Source of the DNA: a candidate division NPL-UPA2 bacterium Unc8
GTDB taxonomy: Bacteria > NPL-UPA2
Reading direction: 5' to 3'
Assembly: GCA_003574845.1 (NCBI GenBank)
Contig: NDHY01000001.1
Span: 9,043-73,042, forward strand
Length of the DNA: 64,000 bases
The position numbers were made by a program, and so were the translations under genes. This document shows, piece after piece, positions 9,555 through 20,034 of the stretch. The notes under the pieces are model-generated. The model was not told the origin of the DNA and searched no databases. It worked only from the letters and a program-made list of their open reading frames with translations. The stretch's first letter is position 1. Every line of letters begins with the position of its first letter.

Positions 9555-10832
9555 ATGGAACAGCAGAGGACGATTAAAGAAGAGGTAAGTTATTCCGGGA
9601 TTGGGCTGCATACCAGGGCTAAATCCACCATTATCTTAAAGCCTGCTCCCCCGTTTAGTGGTGTCCAGTTAGTAAGAGTTGACCTTCCGCAAAAGCCGGT
9701 AATTAAGGCAGAAATTTCTTCGGTTACTTCTGCTCCACGACGCACAACGCTGCGGGCAGGTAACGCCGAGGTGCACACCGTAGAGCACCTTATGGCAGCC
9801 TTGATGGGGCTTGGCATAGACAACTTGACTGTTGAAGTCAATGCCAATGAGATTCCCGAGGTTGACGGAAGTGCTGCTCCATTTGTAGAGATGCTCATAA
9901 AAGCAGGAATCCAGGACCAGAAAGAAAAGAAGGTGCGCAAAACCTTCACCCGGTCAATCTCAATTTCAGAAGATGGCGCCTCCATTATTGTCATCCCTGC
10001 TGATGAGCTCAAAATCTCTTTCATACTTGATTATGACCACCCGTTCATCAAAACCCAGTTCGCCTCATTTTCAATTACTCGGGCAATCTTTGAAAAAGAA
10101 CTCTCTCCTGCAAGAACTTTTTGTATGGAGACTGAGATTGAAGAGCTCATGAAACAAGGATGCGGCAAGGGAGCGCATTATGGGAATACAGTTGTCATCG
10201 GAGAAAATAAGATTAAAAATGGGGAATTGAGATTTGCCAATGAGTTTGTGCGGCATAAAATATTAGACCTCATGGGAGATCTCCTTCTTGGTCAACCATT
10301 CAATGCTCATATTCTTGCCACCAGGTCAGGACATCGCCTGAATATCGCCTTGATGCAGAAGCTACAAAAGCATTTCGCTGAGGAGGATGCCCCTGATAAT
10401 CAGACATTAGACATAGAGAAGATTCAGGAGATACTTCCTCATCGACATCCCTTCCTTTTTGTTGACAAAATTATTAAGATAGTGGAGAACAAAACAATTG
10501 TTGGCATCAAAAACGTTACTTTTAATGAATCATTTTTTTCAGGGCATTTCCCCAATAAGCCAATTATGCCTGGAGTATTAATTGTTGAAGCAATGGCGCA
10601 GACAGCCGGTGTTCTAATGCTTAAGAAGTGGAAAGGCAGTGGAAAATTAGCCTATCTCGCTGCCATTGACAAAGTTAAGTTGCGTCACCCCGTCTTTCCA
10701 GGCGACCAATTGAGACTGGAGATTGAAGTCAAAAGAATTCGTCAGGAGGCAGGAAAGGTAGCTGCCATAGCCCGCGTTGATAATAGAATCGTCGCCGAGG
10801 CGGAGCTTCTGTTTTCCTTGTCACATGCCTAA
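9555..10832 (+). CDS. lpxC-fabZ: Bifunctional LpxC deacetylase / FabZ dehydratase
   Basis: [13 protein letters not shown] and [10 protein letters not shown] (LpxC); [11 protein letters not shown] and [20 protein letters not shown] (FabZ). Confidence 0.95.
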   Translation: MEQQRTIKEEVSYSGIGLHTRAKSTIILKPAPPFSGVQLVRVDLPQKPVIKAEISSVTSAPRRTTLRAGNAEVHTVEHLMAALMGLGIDNLTVEVNANEIPEVDGSAAPFVEMLIKAGIQDQKEKKVRKTFTRSISISEDGASIIVIPADELKISFILDYDHPFIKTQFASFSITRAIFEKELSPARTFCMETEIEELMKQGCGKGAHYGNTVVIGENKIKNGELRFANEFVRHKILDLMGDLLLGQPFNAHILATRSGHRLNIALMQKLQKHFAEEDAPDNQTLDIEKIQEILPHRHPFLFVDKIIKIVENKTIVGIKNVTFNESFFSGHFPNKPIMPGVLIVEAMAQTAGVLMLKKWKGSGKLAYLAAIDKVKLRHPVFPGDQLRLEIEVKRIRQEAGKVAAIARVDNRIVAEAELLFSLSHA

Positions 10833-11619
10833 GTCAAAAATACATACATTAGCAATTGTTCACCCTAAAGCAAGACTGGCTCCCGATGTTGAGGTTGGGC
10901 CCGCCAGTTCAATTGGGAAAGGTGTCTCTATTGGCAGTGGCACTACTATTGCTGCCAACGTTTTCATCACTGGTGAAACCAAAATCGGCAAAAATAATAA
11001 AATATTCAGTGGAGCTGTCATTGGAACAGAGCCGCAAGATTTAAAATTTCATGGAGAGAAAACCTTCCTTGAAATCGGAGACAACAATACCATTCGTGAG
11101 CATGTTACCATTCATCGCGGCAGTGCCAGTGGCATAGGAAAAACAACAATCGGAAGTAACTGCTTTTTAATGGTCTCCTCTCACATTGCCCATGATTGCC
11201 ATATAGGAAACTCTGTTGGAATGACTAATTTAACCTCATTAGGAGGACATGTAACGATTGGAGATGAGGCATGGATAGGAGGAATGGTGGGTATTCATCA
11301 CTTTGTGACGGTGGGAAAATTGGCTTTCATTGGAGGTTATTCCAAGGTTGTCAAGGATGTGCCGCCATTTATGCTTGCCGATGGCCGCCCCACAAAGATA
11401 AGAGGGCTAAATATTGTTGGCTTAAAGAGAGCTAAATTCTCTGACGCCCAGATTTCAATCTTAAAAAAAGCTTACCAGTTACTCTATCGCTCAAAGCTCA
11501 ATATCTCCCAGGCGCTTGAGAGGATAGAGTGCGAGGTAGAGAAAACATCGGAGATTGTAGAACTTATTGGGTTTATTAAAGACACTCCGAATGGAAGAAT
11601 GGGCAGGTCAAGAGGGTAG
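10825..11619 (+). CDS. lpxA: UDP-N-acetylglucosamine acyltransferase
   Basis: Hexapeptide repeats, PQDLKF, HIAHDC and KDVPPF motifs; start moved to ATG 10825. Confidence 0.94.
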   Translation: MPKSKIHTLAIVHPKARLAPDVEVGPASSIGKGVSIGSGTTIAANVFITGETKIGKNNKIFSGAVIGTEPQDLKFHGEKTFLEIGDNNTIREHVTIHRGSASGIGKTTIGSNCFLMVSSHIAHDCHIGNSVGMTNLTSLGGHVTIGDEAWIGGMVGIHHFVTVGKLAFIGGYSKVVKDVPPFMLADGRPTKIRGLNIVGLKRAKFSDAQISILKKAYQLLYRSKLNISQALERIECEVEKTSEIVELIGFIKDTPNGRMGRSRG

Positions 11620-12422
11620 TGAAAAAAATTGGTTTAATTGCCGGTGGTGGAAAGCTTCCTCTTCTGCTAAGTAAAGAGGCAAATAAAAATGGGACGAAAA
11701 TATTTGCCGCAGCAATTAGTGAATATGCTTCGCCGCAGCTAAAAAATGAGGTTGAAGAGATAAAATGGCTGCGCGTTGGGGAATTTGAGCAAATAGCAGG
11801 TTTTTTCAAATCCTGTGGGATCTCGTTAGTAGCAATGATAGGAGTGGTCCCGCAAAGTCTTCTCCTGAATAGAGCGGACTTTGACGATAGGATTAACTCC
11901 CTCCTTTCTCAATTAGAGATAAAGCAGACCGAATCAGTGCTTGGCGCCATAGCAAGTGAATTATCCCGGGAAGGGATTGAGCTGATTGACAGCCGCAAAT
12001 ATCTCTCCGCATTTCTACCTCAACCAGGTGTCCTCACAAAGCGAAAACCAACCGAGAGAGAACTAAAAGACATTGAGCTTGGCCGCAAGATTTTGCGGGA
12101 AATCAGCCCGCTGGATATCGGGCAAACCATACTCATCAAAAATGGAATAATACTCTCCATTGAGGCAATTGAAGGAACCGATAGCTGTATTCATCGGGGA
12201 GCTATTCTGGCAAAGAGTGGAGCTGTCATCGTCAAAATGAGCAAGTCCCGGCAAGATATGCGATTTGATATTCCCGTAGTAGGCGCCAAAACGCTGACGC
12301 TAATGCGCAAGGTTAAAGCTGCCATCCTCGCAATAGAAAAGGAAAAAGTGATTGTTCTGGACAAAGAAAAAGCTGTTAAGATAGCCAATGAAGCAGGAAT
12401 TTCCATTGTTGTTTATGAATAA
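11619..12422 (+). CDS. lpxI: UDP-2,3-diacylglucosamine diphosphatase LpxI
   Basis: GLIAGGGKLP, DIGQT, EAIEGTD and QDMRFDIPVVG motifs; lpx operon context. Confidence 0.9.
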   Translation: MKKIGLIAGGGKLPLLLSKEANKNGTKIFAAAISEYASPQLKNEVEEIKWLRVGEFEQIAGFFKSCGISLVAMIGVVPQSLLLNRADFDDRINSLLSQLEIKQTESVLGAIASELSREGIELIDSRKYLSAFLPQPGVLTKRKPTERELKDIELGRKILREISPLDIGQTILIKNGIILSIEAIEGTDSCIHRGAILAKSGAVIVKMSKSRQDMRFDIPVVGAKTLTLMRKVKAAILAIEKEKVIVLDKEKAVKIANEAGISIVVYE

Positions 12423-12424
12423 AT

Positions 12425-13357
12425 ATGAAAAAGATTAAAGTTGCCGTTATTGGAGTGGGGCATCTTGGGAAGGAGCATGCCCGTATTTATGCCGCCAAAC
12501 AAGATGCAGAGCTATGCGGTGTCGTTGATATTGACATCCATAGGGCAAGAAAGATTGCAAATGCTCAGAACACTAATGCTTTCTCTTCCTGTGAGGCTCT
12601 CTATCAACAGGTAGAAGCGGTAAGCATTGCAGTTCCCACTCATCTTCATCATTTCATAGCTAGCGGCTTCCTGAAGCAGGGAATCAATGTCCTCGTGGAG
12701 AAGCCAATTACCCGCACCACGATGGAGGCTGACGAGTTGATTCGTCTTGCCCGGAAGAATAAAGTTATCCTCCAGGTTGGCCATTTAGAGAGGTACAATG
12801 GCGCCATTATGGAGCTGGAAAAATGGATCAAGTCTCCCCGCTTTATTGAAGCCCACCGCCTTGCCCCATACCAACCAAGAGGAACTGAAGTTGGCGTCGT
12901 GCTTGATTTAATGATTCACGATTTAGACATTATTCTTTATCTGGTCAACTCAACTCCAAAACGCATTGAGGCAATGGGGGTTACCGTGCTTTCTCAAGAT
13001 GAAGACATTGCCAATGCCAGAATTATCTTTAACAATGGGTGTGTTGCCAATATTACTTCCAGCCGTCTTAGTCAGGAAAGAATGCGCAAGCTCCGTATTT
13101 TTCAGGATGATTGTTATATCTCTTTAGATTACATTACCCAGAAGATAGACCTTTACCAGAAAAAAGGGAAGAGGATTGTTCATGAGGAAATTTCTCCTCC
13201 AAAACGAGAGCCACTTGCCCTGCAGCTTCACGATTTCCTGAGCTCTGTCCGCGATGGAAAGCCTGCCCGCATTTCAGGAGAAGATGGAAAAAAAAATCTT
13301 GCTCTCGCTCTTACCATTATCAGGAAAATTCACCGAAGCGCAAAAAAAATAGGTTAA
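12425..13357 (+). CDS. Gfo/Idh/MocA oxidoreductase (GnnA-like by context)
   Basis: VIGVGHLG, VLVEKP, VGHLERYN and DLMIHDLD motifs; between lpxI and lpxB. Confidence 0.85.
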   Translation: MKKIKVAVIGVGHLGKEHARIYAAKQDAELCGVVDIDIHRARKIANAQNTNAFSSCEALYQQVEAVSIAVPTHLHHFIASGFLKQGINVLVEKPITRTTMEADELIRLARKNKVILQVGHLERYNGAIMELEKWIKSPRFIEAHRLAPYQPRGTEVGVVLDLMIHDLDIILYLVNSTPKRIEAMGVTVLSQDEDIANARIIFNNGCVANITSSRLSQERMRKLRIFQDDCYISLDYITQKIDLYQKKGKRIVHEEISPPKREPLALQLHDFLSSVRDGKPARISGEDGKKNLALALTIIRKIHRSAKKIG

Positions 13358-13411
13358 TAGGCTGAAGGCTGGTGAATGGTGACGTGAATCTGACAACCTG
13401 AGTAGTTACAA

Positions 13412-14527
13412 ATGTTAAAGCTTTTGATTGTTGCAGGAGAGCCCTCCGGTGATATCCACGCCGCCAGCTTAATAACAGCACTGCGAAAACAATCTCCCAA
13501 CATTGAGCTCGTAGGCATGGGAGGGCCAAGAATGAGAGAAGCCGGAGCTAATATTCTCTTTGATATTACCGGCACCGACATAGTCGGTTTTACTGAAGCA
13601 TTAGTTCACATAAGGAGATTAAAGAGGCTCCTTCAGAGTCTTTCAGAGCTTATTGACATAGAGAAACCTGATGGAGTAATTCTCATTGATTACCCTGGCT
13701 TTAACCTCCGTCTCGCCGCCCGCGCTAAAAAAAGGGGAGTAAAAGTTATTTACTACATTAGTCCTCAGGTATGGGCATGGGGAAAAGGAAGGATTAAAGA
13801 AATCGCCAGATTGGTAGATAAAATGATTGTTATTCTTCCGTTTGAAGAGAAATTTTACTCTAATGAGAAAATCAGAGTAGAATTCGTAGGACACCCGATT
13901 CTTGACATAATAGAAACATTTTCTTCCGAAGGAATTGTGGGTGAGACAATTGCCATTCTTCCCGGTTCACGACAACAAGAAGTGCACAGACATCTCCCGC
14001 TTATGCTTGATGCAGCTTCTCTGATGCGCAAAGAACGCCCTGAGTTGCAGTTTGTCATACTTTTGCCTCCATCAATCTCTCCTTCAGTGATAACTGCAAT
14101 GTCAAACATAGGAGGAATCAGGATTATGGATTTAGCACAGGAAGCGCCTCAAAAAAAATACGAGGCAATGGCAGCCGCTCCCCTTCTTTTAATAGCTTCA
14201 GGGACAGCTACCCTTGAGGGAGCCTGTGTTGGCGCTCCAATGCTCATTATCTACAAAGTATCATTCCTTACCTGGTTATTGAGTAAAATGCTCCTCAAGA
14301 TTCCTTATATCGGACTGGTAAATGTGGTTGCCGGGAAGAAAGTTGCACCGGAATTTCTCCAGTTTAATGCCCGCCCGGAGAGAATTGCCAAAACTGCCCT
14401 TGACTTGCTGACCGATAAAGAAAAAATGAATGCAATGAGGAAAGAACTAAAGGAAGTAAAAACTAAGCTCGGCACCCCCGGCGCCAGCGAGCGGACCGCC
14501 AGCATCATTCTTAAAGAAGTAGGCTGA
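13412..14527 (+). CDS. lpxB: Lipid-A-disaccharide synthase
   Basis: AGEPSGD, IDYPGFN, SPQVWAW, LPGSR and ASGTATLE motifs. Confidence 0.95.
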   Translation: MLKLLIVAGEPSGDIHAASLITALRKQSPNIELVGMGGPRMREAGANILFDITGTDIVGFTEALVHIRRLKRLLQSLSELIDIEKPDGVILIDYPGFNLRLAARAKKRGVKVIYYISPQVWAWGKGRIKEIARLVDKMIVILPFEEKFYSNEKIRVEFVGHPILDIIETFSSEGIVGETIAILPGSRQQEVHRHLPLMLDAASLMRKERPELQFVILLPPSISPSVITAMSNIGGIRIMDLAQEAPQKKYEAMAAAPLLLIASGTATLEGACVGAPMLIIYKVSFLTWLLSKMLLKIPYIGLVNVVAGKKVAPEFLQFNARPERIAKTALDLLTDKEKMNAMRKELKEVKTKLGTPGASERTASIILKEVG

Positions 14528-14592
14528 AGGCTGAAGGCTGTTAGACTATTGACTATTGACTATTGACTATTGACCATAGACCAATGACTATT
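14521..14592. repeat. Heptamer arrays GGCTGAA and GACTATT
   Basis: Direct tandem units between lpxB and uppP, overlapping both gene ends. Confidence 0.85.
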
Positions 14593-15363
14593 ATTCAATC
14601 TATTCTTTTTGGTTTACTGCAGGGATTAACGGAGTTTCTGCCAATAAGCAGCTCCGGACACCTAACAGCGCTCTACCACTTTTTTGGAGTAGAAGAGCAC
14701 AGGCTGCTCTTTACCATATGCTTACACATTGGAACGCTTGTTGCCGTTTTTATCTTTTTCTGGGGCGATATTCTCTCATTATTTTCTACCCAGAAAAAAC
14801 TGGGCATTCTTATTATCATCGGCTCGGTGCCCACGGCAATAATGGCTTTCTTCCTCAGCGCTCTGGCAGAGAGATTATTCGCGGAAGTAAAGGTGGTGGG
14901 AGTAATGCTGATGATAACAGGAGTGTGGCTTGCTATTGGCAGCACTATGTCAAGCCGCCGCAATCTTGCCTCTTCGGCGAAGTCTACAAGCTTAAAGGTA
15001 TGGCAAGCACTTCTTATTGGAATCTCCCAGGGAGCGGCGCTTATTCCGGGTATATCCAGAAGTGGCGCCACAATTTCTACAGCGTTGCTTTGCGGAACGG
15101 AACGCGGATTATCCATCCGCTATTCATTCCTGCTCTCCATTCCCGCTATCCTGGGAGCATTTTTGTATCAATTGAAAGAAATAAACCAGGCTGCGATTTA
15201 TCCCGAATTTACCTTTTTTACTCTCCTTATTGGCGCAATTGCCGCCATGCTAACGGGGTTAGTTTCCCTGAGAGTTTTATCAAAGATTATCATTAAGGGG
15301 AAATTACACTATTTTACCCCTTACTGCCTCGCGGCGGGATTGTTTCTTTTTCTGGCCGGATAA
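14584..15363 (+). CDS. uppP: Undecaprenyl-diphosphate phosphatase
   Basis: [15 protein letters not shown] and [10 protein letters not shown] motifs; ATG 14584 preferred over the repeat-derived TTG at 14563. Confidence 0.95.
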   Translation: MTIIQSILFGLLQGLTEFLPISSSGHLTALYHFFGVEEHRLLFTICLHIGTLVAVFIFFWGDILSLFSTQKKLGILIIIGSVPTAIMAFFLSALAERLFAEVKVVGVMLMITGVWLAIGSTMSSRRNLASSAKSTSLKVWQALLIGISQGAALIPGISRSGATISTALLCGTERGLSIRYSFLLSIPAILGAFLYQLKEINQAAIYPEFTFFTLLIGAIAAMLTGLVSLRVLSKIIIKGKLHYFTPYCLAAGLFLFLAG

Positions 15364-17316
15364 GTGAGCAATTTGGTCGCGCAAAAGCGCCGCCTTTTCA
15401 AAGTCCAGCCGGCTGGCCGCTTCCAGCATCATTTCTTTAAGGTCAGAGGTGCGCAGGGAGCTTTTTGCAATATATCCTGCTCTGGGTTCTTTTAAAATAT
15501 TGCCTGCATAATCGGCGGCGCGGGAGTTGAGAGCTATCAGCTCTCTGACTGACCTTTTAATGGTGCGGGGGGTGATATCATTCTCCTCATTAAATTTTTT
15601 CTGGCGGCGACTGCGTCTTTCCATCTCTTTAATTGCCCGCTTCATTGAGCCGGTGATTGTATCGGCATACATTAGCACTTCACTATCTATATTGCGAGCC
15701 GCCCGTCCGGCAACCTGAATCAGGGATGTCTGGGAACGAAGAAATCCTTCCTTATCGGCATCAAGTATTGCCACCAGCGTTACTTCCGGGAGGTCAAGTC
15801 CTTCCCGCAAAAGATTAATTCCAACCAGGCAGTCAAACTTTCCTACCCGGAGGTCGCGCAGAATCTCAGCTCTTTCAAGTGTACCAATCTCTGAGTGAAG
15901 ATAGCGAACCTTTAGCCCCATATCATAAAGATACCCAGCAAGGTCTTCTGAGGTCCGCTTGGTAAGGGTTGTTACCAGTACTCGCTGTTTTTTACCCACT
16001 CTTTTTTTGATTTCACTGGCAAGGTCATCTACCTGCCCCGCAGTGGGGCGTACTGAAACCCGGGGGTCAACAATCCCGGTAGGACGAATAATCTGCTCAA
16101 TAACAGTATCTACTTTTTTCAGTTCATACGGTCCGGGAGTGGCTGAGACATAGATAGTGTTTTTTGCCCTTTTCTCAAATTCAGCAAAGTTCAGGGGGCG
16201 GTTGTCAAGCGCCGAGGGAAGCCTGAAGCCATGCTTGGTGAGAGTTTCCTTGCGCGAGCGGTCCCCATAATACATTCCCCGGATCTGAGGAATGGCAACA
16301 TGGCTTTCGTCAATAATTAATAGATAATCCCGTGGGAAATAATCTATCAGAGTATAAGGAGGCTCTCCAGCAAGCCGTCCAGAGAGATGGCGGGAATAGT
16401 TTTCTATCCCTTGACAGTAGCCGATTTCCTGCATCATCTCTATATCATATCTTGTCCTTGTTTCCAGTCGCTGCACCTCCAGGAGCTTGTTTTCCTTTCG
16501 CAGAACCGCCAGCCTCTCGGCAAGCTCCTGAGTGATAGAGCAAATTGCCTGCTCAACTCTAGAAGGAGAGCTCACAAAATGCTTGGCGGGATAGATTGCA
16601 ACTTTATCCCTCTCACGACTTATTGCAGTCGTCAGAGGATCAATTTCGGCTATTCTCCCTATTCGATCATCAGATAGCTCAATCCGCACTACTTTTTCTT
16701 CATAAGCAGGGAATATTTCCACGATTTCTCCCCTTACGCGAAATTTTCCCCGCTGAAGGTCAACATCGTTGCGCTCATACTGAAGCGTAACAAGACGGCG
16801 CAATATCACCTGACGTTCAATAGTCGCTCCTGCCTCAAGAAAAAGAAATAGCTCACGATGCTCTTCAGGAGAACCAAGTCCGTAAATTGAAGAAACGCTG
16901 GCGACGACAACTACATCATCGCGGGAAAGAAGGGAGCTTGTAGCCTTAAGGCGCAATCGGTCCAGCTCATCGTTAATAGAAGCATCTTTTTCTATATAAG
17001 TATCAGTCTGGGGAATGTAAGCCTCAGGCTGATAGTAATCATAGTAACTGACAAAATACTCCACCGCATTATGTGGAAAGAAAGCCTTGAACTCACTATA
17101 AAGCTGGGCGGCAAGAGTTTTATTTGGAGAAATAACAAGAGCCGACTTGCCAAAGTTAGCAATTACATTGGCAAGAGTGAAAGTCTTTCCCGAGCCGGTA
17201 ACTCCCAGGAGCACCTGATGTCTCTTCCCGGCAGCAAGACCGGCAGTAAGTTCGGCAATCGCCCGGGGCTGGTCACCCTGCGGCTTAAAATCGCTAATGA
17301 GCTCAAATTTAGCCAT
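15304..17316 (-). CDS. uvrB: Excinuclease ABC subunit B
   Basis: [22 protein letters not shown] and [10 protein letters not shown] motifs; overlaps uppP by 60 nt convergently. Confidence 0.97.
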   Translation of the reverse strand: MAKFELISDFKPQGDQPRAIAELTAGLAAGKRHQVLLGVTGSGKTFTLANVIANFGKSALVISPNKTLAAQLYSEFKAFFPHNAVEYFVSYYDYYQPEAYIPQTDTYIEKDASINDELDRLRLKATSSLLSRDDVVVVASVSSIYGLGSPEEHRELFLFLEAGATIERQVILRRLVTLQYERNDVDLQRGKFRVRGEIVEIFPAYEEKVVRIELSDDRIGRIAEIDPLTTAISRERDKVAIYPAKHFVSSPSRVEQAICSITQELAERLAVLRKENKLLEVQRLETRTRYDIEMMQEIGYCQGIENYSRHLSGRLAGEPPYTLIDYFPRDYLLIIDESHVAIPQIRGMYYGDRSRKETLTKHGFRLPSALDNRPLNFAEFEKRAKNTIYVSATPGPYELKKVDTVIEQIIRPTGIVDPRVSVRPTAGQVDDLASEIKKRVGKKQRVLVTTLTKRTSEDLAGYLYDMGLKVRYLHSEIGTLERAEILRDLRVGKFDCLVGINLLREGLDLPEVTLVAILDADKEGFLRSQTSLIQVAGRAARNIDSEVLMYADTITGSMKRAIKEMERRSRRQKKFNEENDITPRTIKRSVRELIALNSRAADYAGNILKEPRAGYIAKSSLRTSDLKEMMLEAASRLDFEKAALLRDQIAHLSGQKKKQSRREAVRGKIV

Positions 17317-17350
17317 TTGCCTTGCCCTGCCGTGATGAGCTATAAACTAC

Positions 17351-17379
17351 TTGCCATAATTTGAGAGTGGTATTATAAT
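17351..17379 (+). promoter_or_regulatory. Putative sigma70 promoter of lpxD
   Basis: TTGCCA-N17-TATAAT. Confidence 0.6.
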
Positions 17380-17479
17380 TATACAATAACTAATGCTTAA
17401 AGTCTTAACAATACTGCAGCAGTGATGCAGGAGACACTTCATTTACAATGATTAGGGGTAGTAGGGGAAAGGAAAAACT

Positions 17480-18529
17480 ATGTCAGTTACACTCAGTGAG
17501 ATAGGAAGGCTTATTGGTGGTGATGTAATTGGCGATGGGGATACGACAATTACAAATGTTGCCGGCATTGAAAAGGCAGGCACGGGAGATATAACATTCG
17601 TTGCCAATTCTCGTTGTCTTCCACTGCTGAAGACAACCGGCGCATCGGCTGTCATCGTTGGAAGGGGAGTAAGGAGCGATAAGGGCATACCTCTGATAGA
17701 AACAGATAATCCATACTTTGCTTTCGTAAAGGTGATGGAGCTCTTCGCCAGCAAAGACGATGACCTCTCCCCTTCACCAGGAATTCATGCCACTGTTGTT
17801 CTTGGTAAAAATGTTAAGATAGGAAATAAGGTATCTCTCCAGCCATATGTCGTTATTGATGATAATGTTGAGATTGGAGACAATGTTATTATTTATCCCA
17901 ATACATATATTGGAAAAAAGAGCCGCATTGGCGAGGAAACACTCATTTATTCCGGAGTAACGATAAGAGAAAAGACAGAAATTGGCAAAAGGACCATTAT
18001 TCATAGCGGCGTGGTCATTGGCGGCGATGGGCTTGGCTTTATTCCTGTGGGCAGGATTCACTACAAGATCCCTCACATAGGAACGGTAATTATCGGAGAT
18101 GATGTTGAAATTGGAGCAAATGTGACTATTGACAGAGCAACAATCGGGGAGACCATCATTGAAAAAGGGGTTAAGATTGATAATCTTGTTCAAATTGCCC
18201 ACAATGTCGTTGTTGGCGAGAACTCAATGATTGTGGCGCAGGCAGGAATATCAGGCAGCACCATTATTGGCAAAAGAGTTACTATGGCAGGACAATCCGG
18301 AACAATTGGTCATATTAAAATCGGAGATAACACCACAATTGCCTCACGAGCTGTGGTCACCAAAAGCCTCCCGCCAAATTCGTTTGTATCAGGAGTCCCT
18401 GCAAGACCACACCAGGAAGAGCAGAGGATAAAGGCAGCGAGGCAGCGTCTCCCGCAGTTGCGTCAGACGGTAAGAGAGCTCCTGAAAAGAGTAGAAAAAT
18501 TAGAGAACAAGCTATCCGCTAATGACTGA
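17480..18529 (+). CDS. lpxD: UDP-3-O-acylglucosamine N-acyltransferase
   Basis: DNPYFAF, hexapeptide repeats, VEIGANVTIDRA and KIDNLVQIAHNV motifs. Confidence 0.95.
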   Translation: MSVTLSEIGRLIGGDVIGDGDTTITNVAGIEKAGTGDITFVANSRCLPLLKTTGASAVIVGRGVRSDKGIPLIETDNPYFAFVKVMELFASKDDDLSPSPGIHATVVLGKNVKIGNKVSLQPYVVIDDNVEIGDNVIIYPNTYIGKKSRIGEETLIYSGVTIREKTEIGKRTIIHSGVVIGGDGLGFIPVGRIHYKIPHIGTVIIGDDVEIGANVTIDRATIGETIIEKGVKIDNLVQIAHNVVVGENSMIVAQAGISGSTIIGKRVTMAGQSGTIGHIKIGDNTTIASRAVVTKSLPPNSFVSGVPARPHQEEQRIKAARQRLPQLRQTVRELLKRVEKLENKLSAND

Positions 18530-19438
18530 AAGAGCTTTTGGCAAAATCTCAATGCTAAAGGTATTTTTCTCAAGCTTAAATAGCTCCCCATCAATATAGG
18601 CAAAAGGAAACTCTCCCCTGGAACTATTTTTTATTTTGACCTGGATTTTAGAGGCAGGAAAGAAATGAGCCTTACCGCGCTTTCTTAGCTTCCTGATTAC
18701 AATCGGAATAGATGGACGCGCCACATACTTTGCAAGCGAGATATCTTCAATCAGCACCATATTTAAAACTCCATCGGAGGCACTTCCATTTTCATTAAGG
18801 GGTAAGTATTTTCCTTCACCCTTTCCATTGTAGGTGTTAGCAAAAATCAGAGTGCCGCTAAAGGCATCTCCTTTATCTGTTTTGACATCAACATCAAAGG
18901 TGGATATTCCTCTCAGTGCTATAGCCAACGCAGGAAGCTTGTACCTGAACCATATATTGGGAAGACGGCAAAATGGCCATTGGCGCTGGCCAACGTCCGC
19001 AACCTCTCCTCCTACGCCAATACCAAAAACATTAAAAAAGAAGTGCTCTCCTGTCTTTCCGACATCAATAGATAGTTTTTTCCCTTCTAACAAAACCTTC
19101 AGAGCCTCTTGTGGATGGCGCGGGATCTTTAATGTCTGAAGCGCAAAATTGTTAGAGCTTCCAATGGGGAGGGCTCCCATCACGACTTGCCCTTCCTCTA
19201 AGGTGCCGGCGCTGAGAAGCCCGGTGCCAACGGCATTAACGGTTCCGTCTCCACCGCAAGCTATGACTTCCCTATGTTTCTTAACGGAGTTTCTGGCACA
19301 GTTTATCGCCTCAGCCACGGTTTCTGTTGTTACATATTCAAAAGAGACCTTCTTCTCTTTGAGTAAGGGCTCAATTTTACTCTTAAATATCTGATAACTC
19401 TTATTCAGGCAAGCATTCCTGTTAATGATAAAAAGCAT
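18512..19438 (-). CDS. Diacylglycerol kinase-family lipid kinase (YegS/DagK-like)
   Basis: ACGGDGTVNAV, LPIGSSNNFA and IDGE motifs. Confidence 0.88.
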   Translation of the reverse strand: MLFIINRNACLNKSYQIFKSKIEPLLKEKKVSFEYVTTETVAEAINCARNSVKKHREVIACGGDGTVNAVGTGLLSAGTLEEGQVVMGALPIGSSNNFALQTLKIPRHPQEALKVLLEGKKLSIDVGKTGEHFFFNVFGIGVGGEVADVGQRQWPFCRLPNIWFRYKLPALAIALRGISTFDVDVKTDKGDAFSGTLIFANTYNGKGEGKYLPLNENGSASDGVLNMVLIEDISLAKYVARPSIPIVIRKLRKRGKAHFFPASKIQVKIKNSSRGEFPFAYIDGELFKLEKNTFSIEILPKALSVISG

Positions 19439-19548
19439 TTCCTTGCTCCTTTCTTAGGGGTTGCCACTTCGTGCTTTTATTTACTAAATCATACAAAACT
19501 AAACTATGGCAAGCAATTTCTTATATCATACATAAGTAGCTTTATCCT

Positions 19549-19577
19549 TTGACAAGCATAAGGAGACATAGTAATCT
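19549..19577 (+). promoter_or_regulatory. Putative sigma70 promoter upstream of the epimerase-trxB-aspS run
   Basis: TTGACA-N17-TAATCT; repeat arrays begin 4 nt downstream. Confidence 0.55.
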
Positions 19578-19667
19578 AACAGGCACAAAGGCACAAAGAA
19601 AATCAAAAATCAAAAGTCAAAATTACAATGCAAAATTGAAAATTAGAAATTGGTAATTAGTCATAGC

Positions 19668-19828
19668 TGTCCAAATTAGCCGTCATTACCCGGTTTAACC
19701 GGGTAATCCAGTTTTTTGCATCGACGATAGATTACATCTGGATTGCCCGATCAAGTCGGGCAATGACAGGATTGAAAATTTGATCTCAAACAGCTGTTAT
19801 CGTCGTAAAAGACTTGCTAATTTGGACA
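19668..19828. mobile_element. MITE-like element: 13-bp terminal inverted repeats enclosing an inverted GTCATT-REP doublet
   Basis: TGTCCAAATTAGC (19668-19680) and GCTAATTTGGACA (19816-19828). Inner arms GTCATTACCCGG-TTTAA-CCGGGTAATCCAG (19682-19711) and CTGGATTGCCCGA-TCAAG-TCGGGCAATGAC (19738-19767). Confidence 0.8.
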
Positions 19829-19893
19829 TGTGTGGTGATTAGTGATTAGTAATTAGTGATTGGTGACCAGTGACCAGTTACCATTTACCATTT

Positions 19894-19972
19894 ACCATTC
19901 ACCAGTTACCAACAAAGTAGCGGTGCGACCCCGATTTGCATCGGGGCATGCTTATCGATGATTGTTTCTGAA
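19894..19972. repeat. 79-bp dispersed repeat (second copy 42389-42467; shorter variant near 22018-22064)
   Basis: 78/79 identical. Contains GTAGCGGTGCGA and the hairpin CCCCGAT-TTGC-ATCGGGG-CATG. Confidence 0.9.
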
Positions 19973-20034
19973 GGCAGAATTTAGGTGTTAGCCCTGAATC
20001 AAGTTCAGGGTAGAGTTTAGGGAGCAAGATACCG

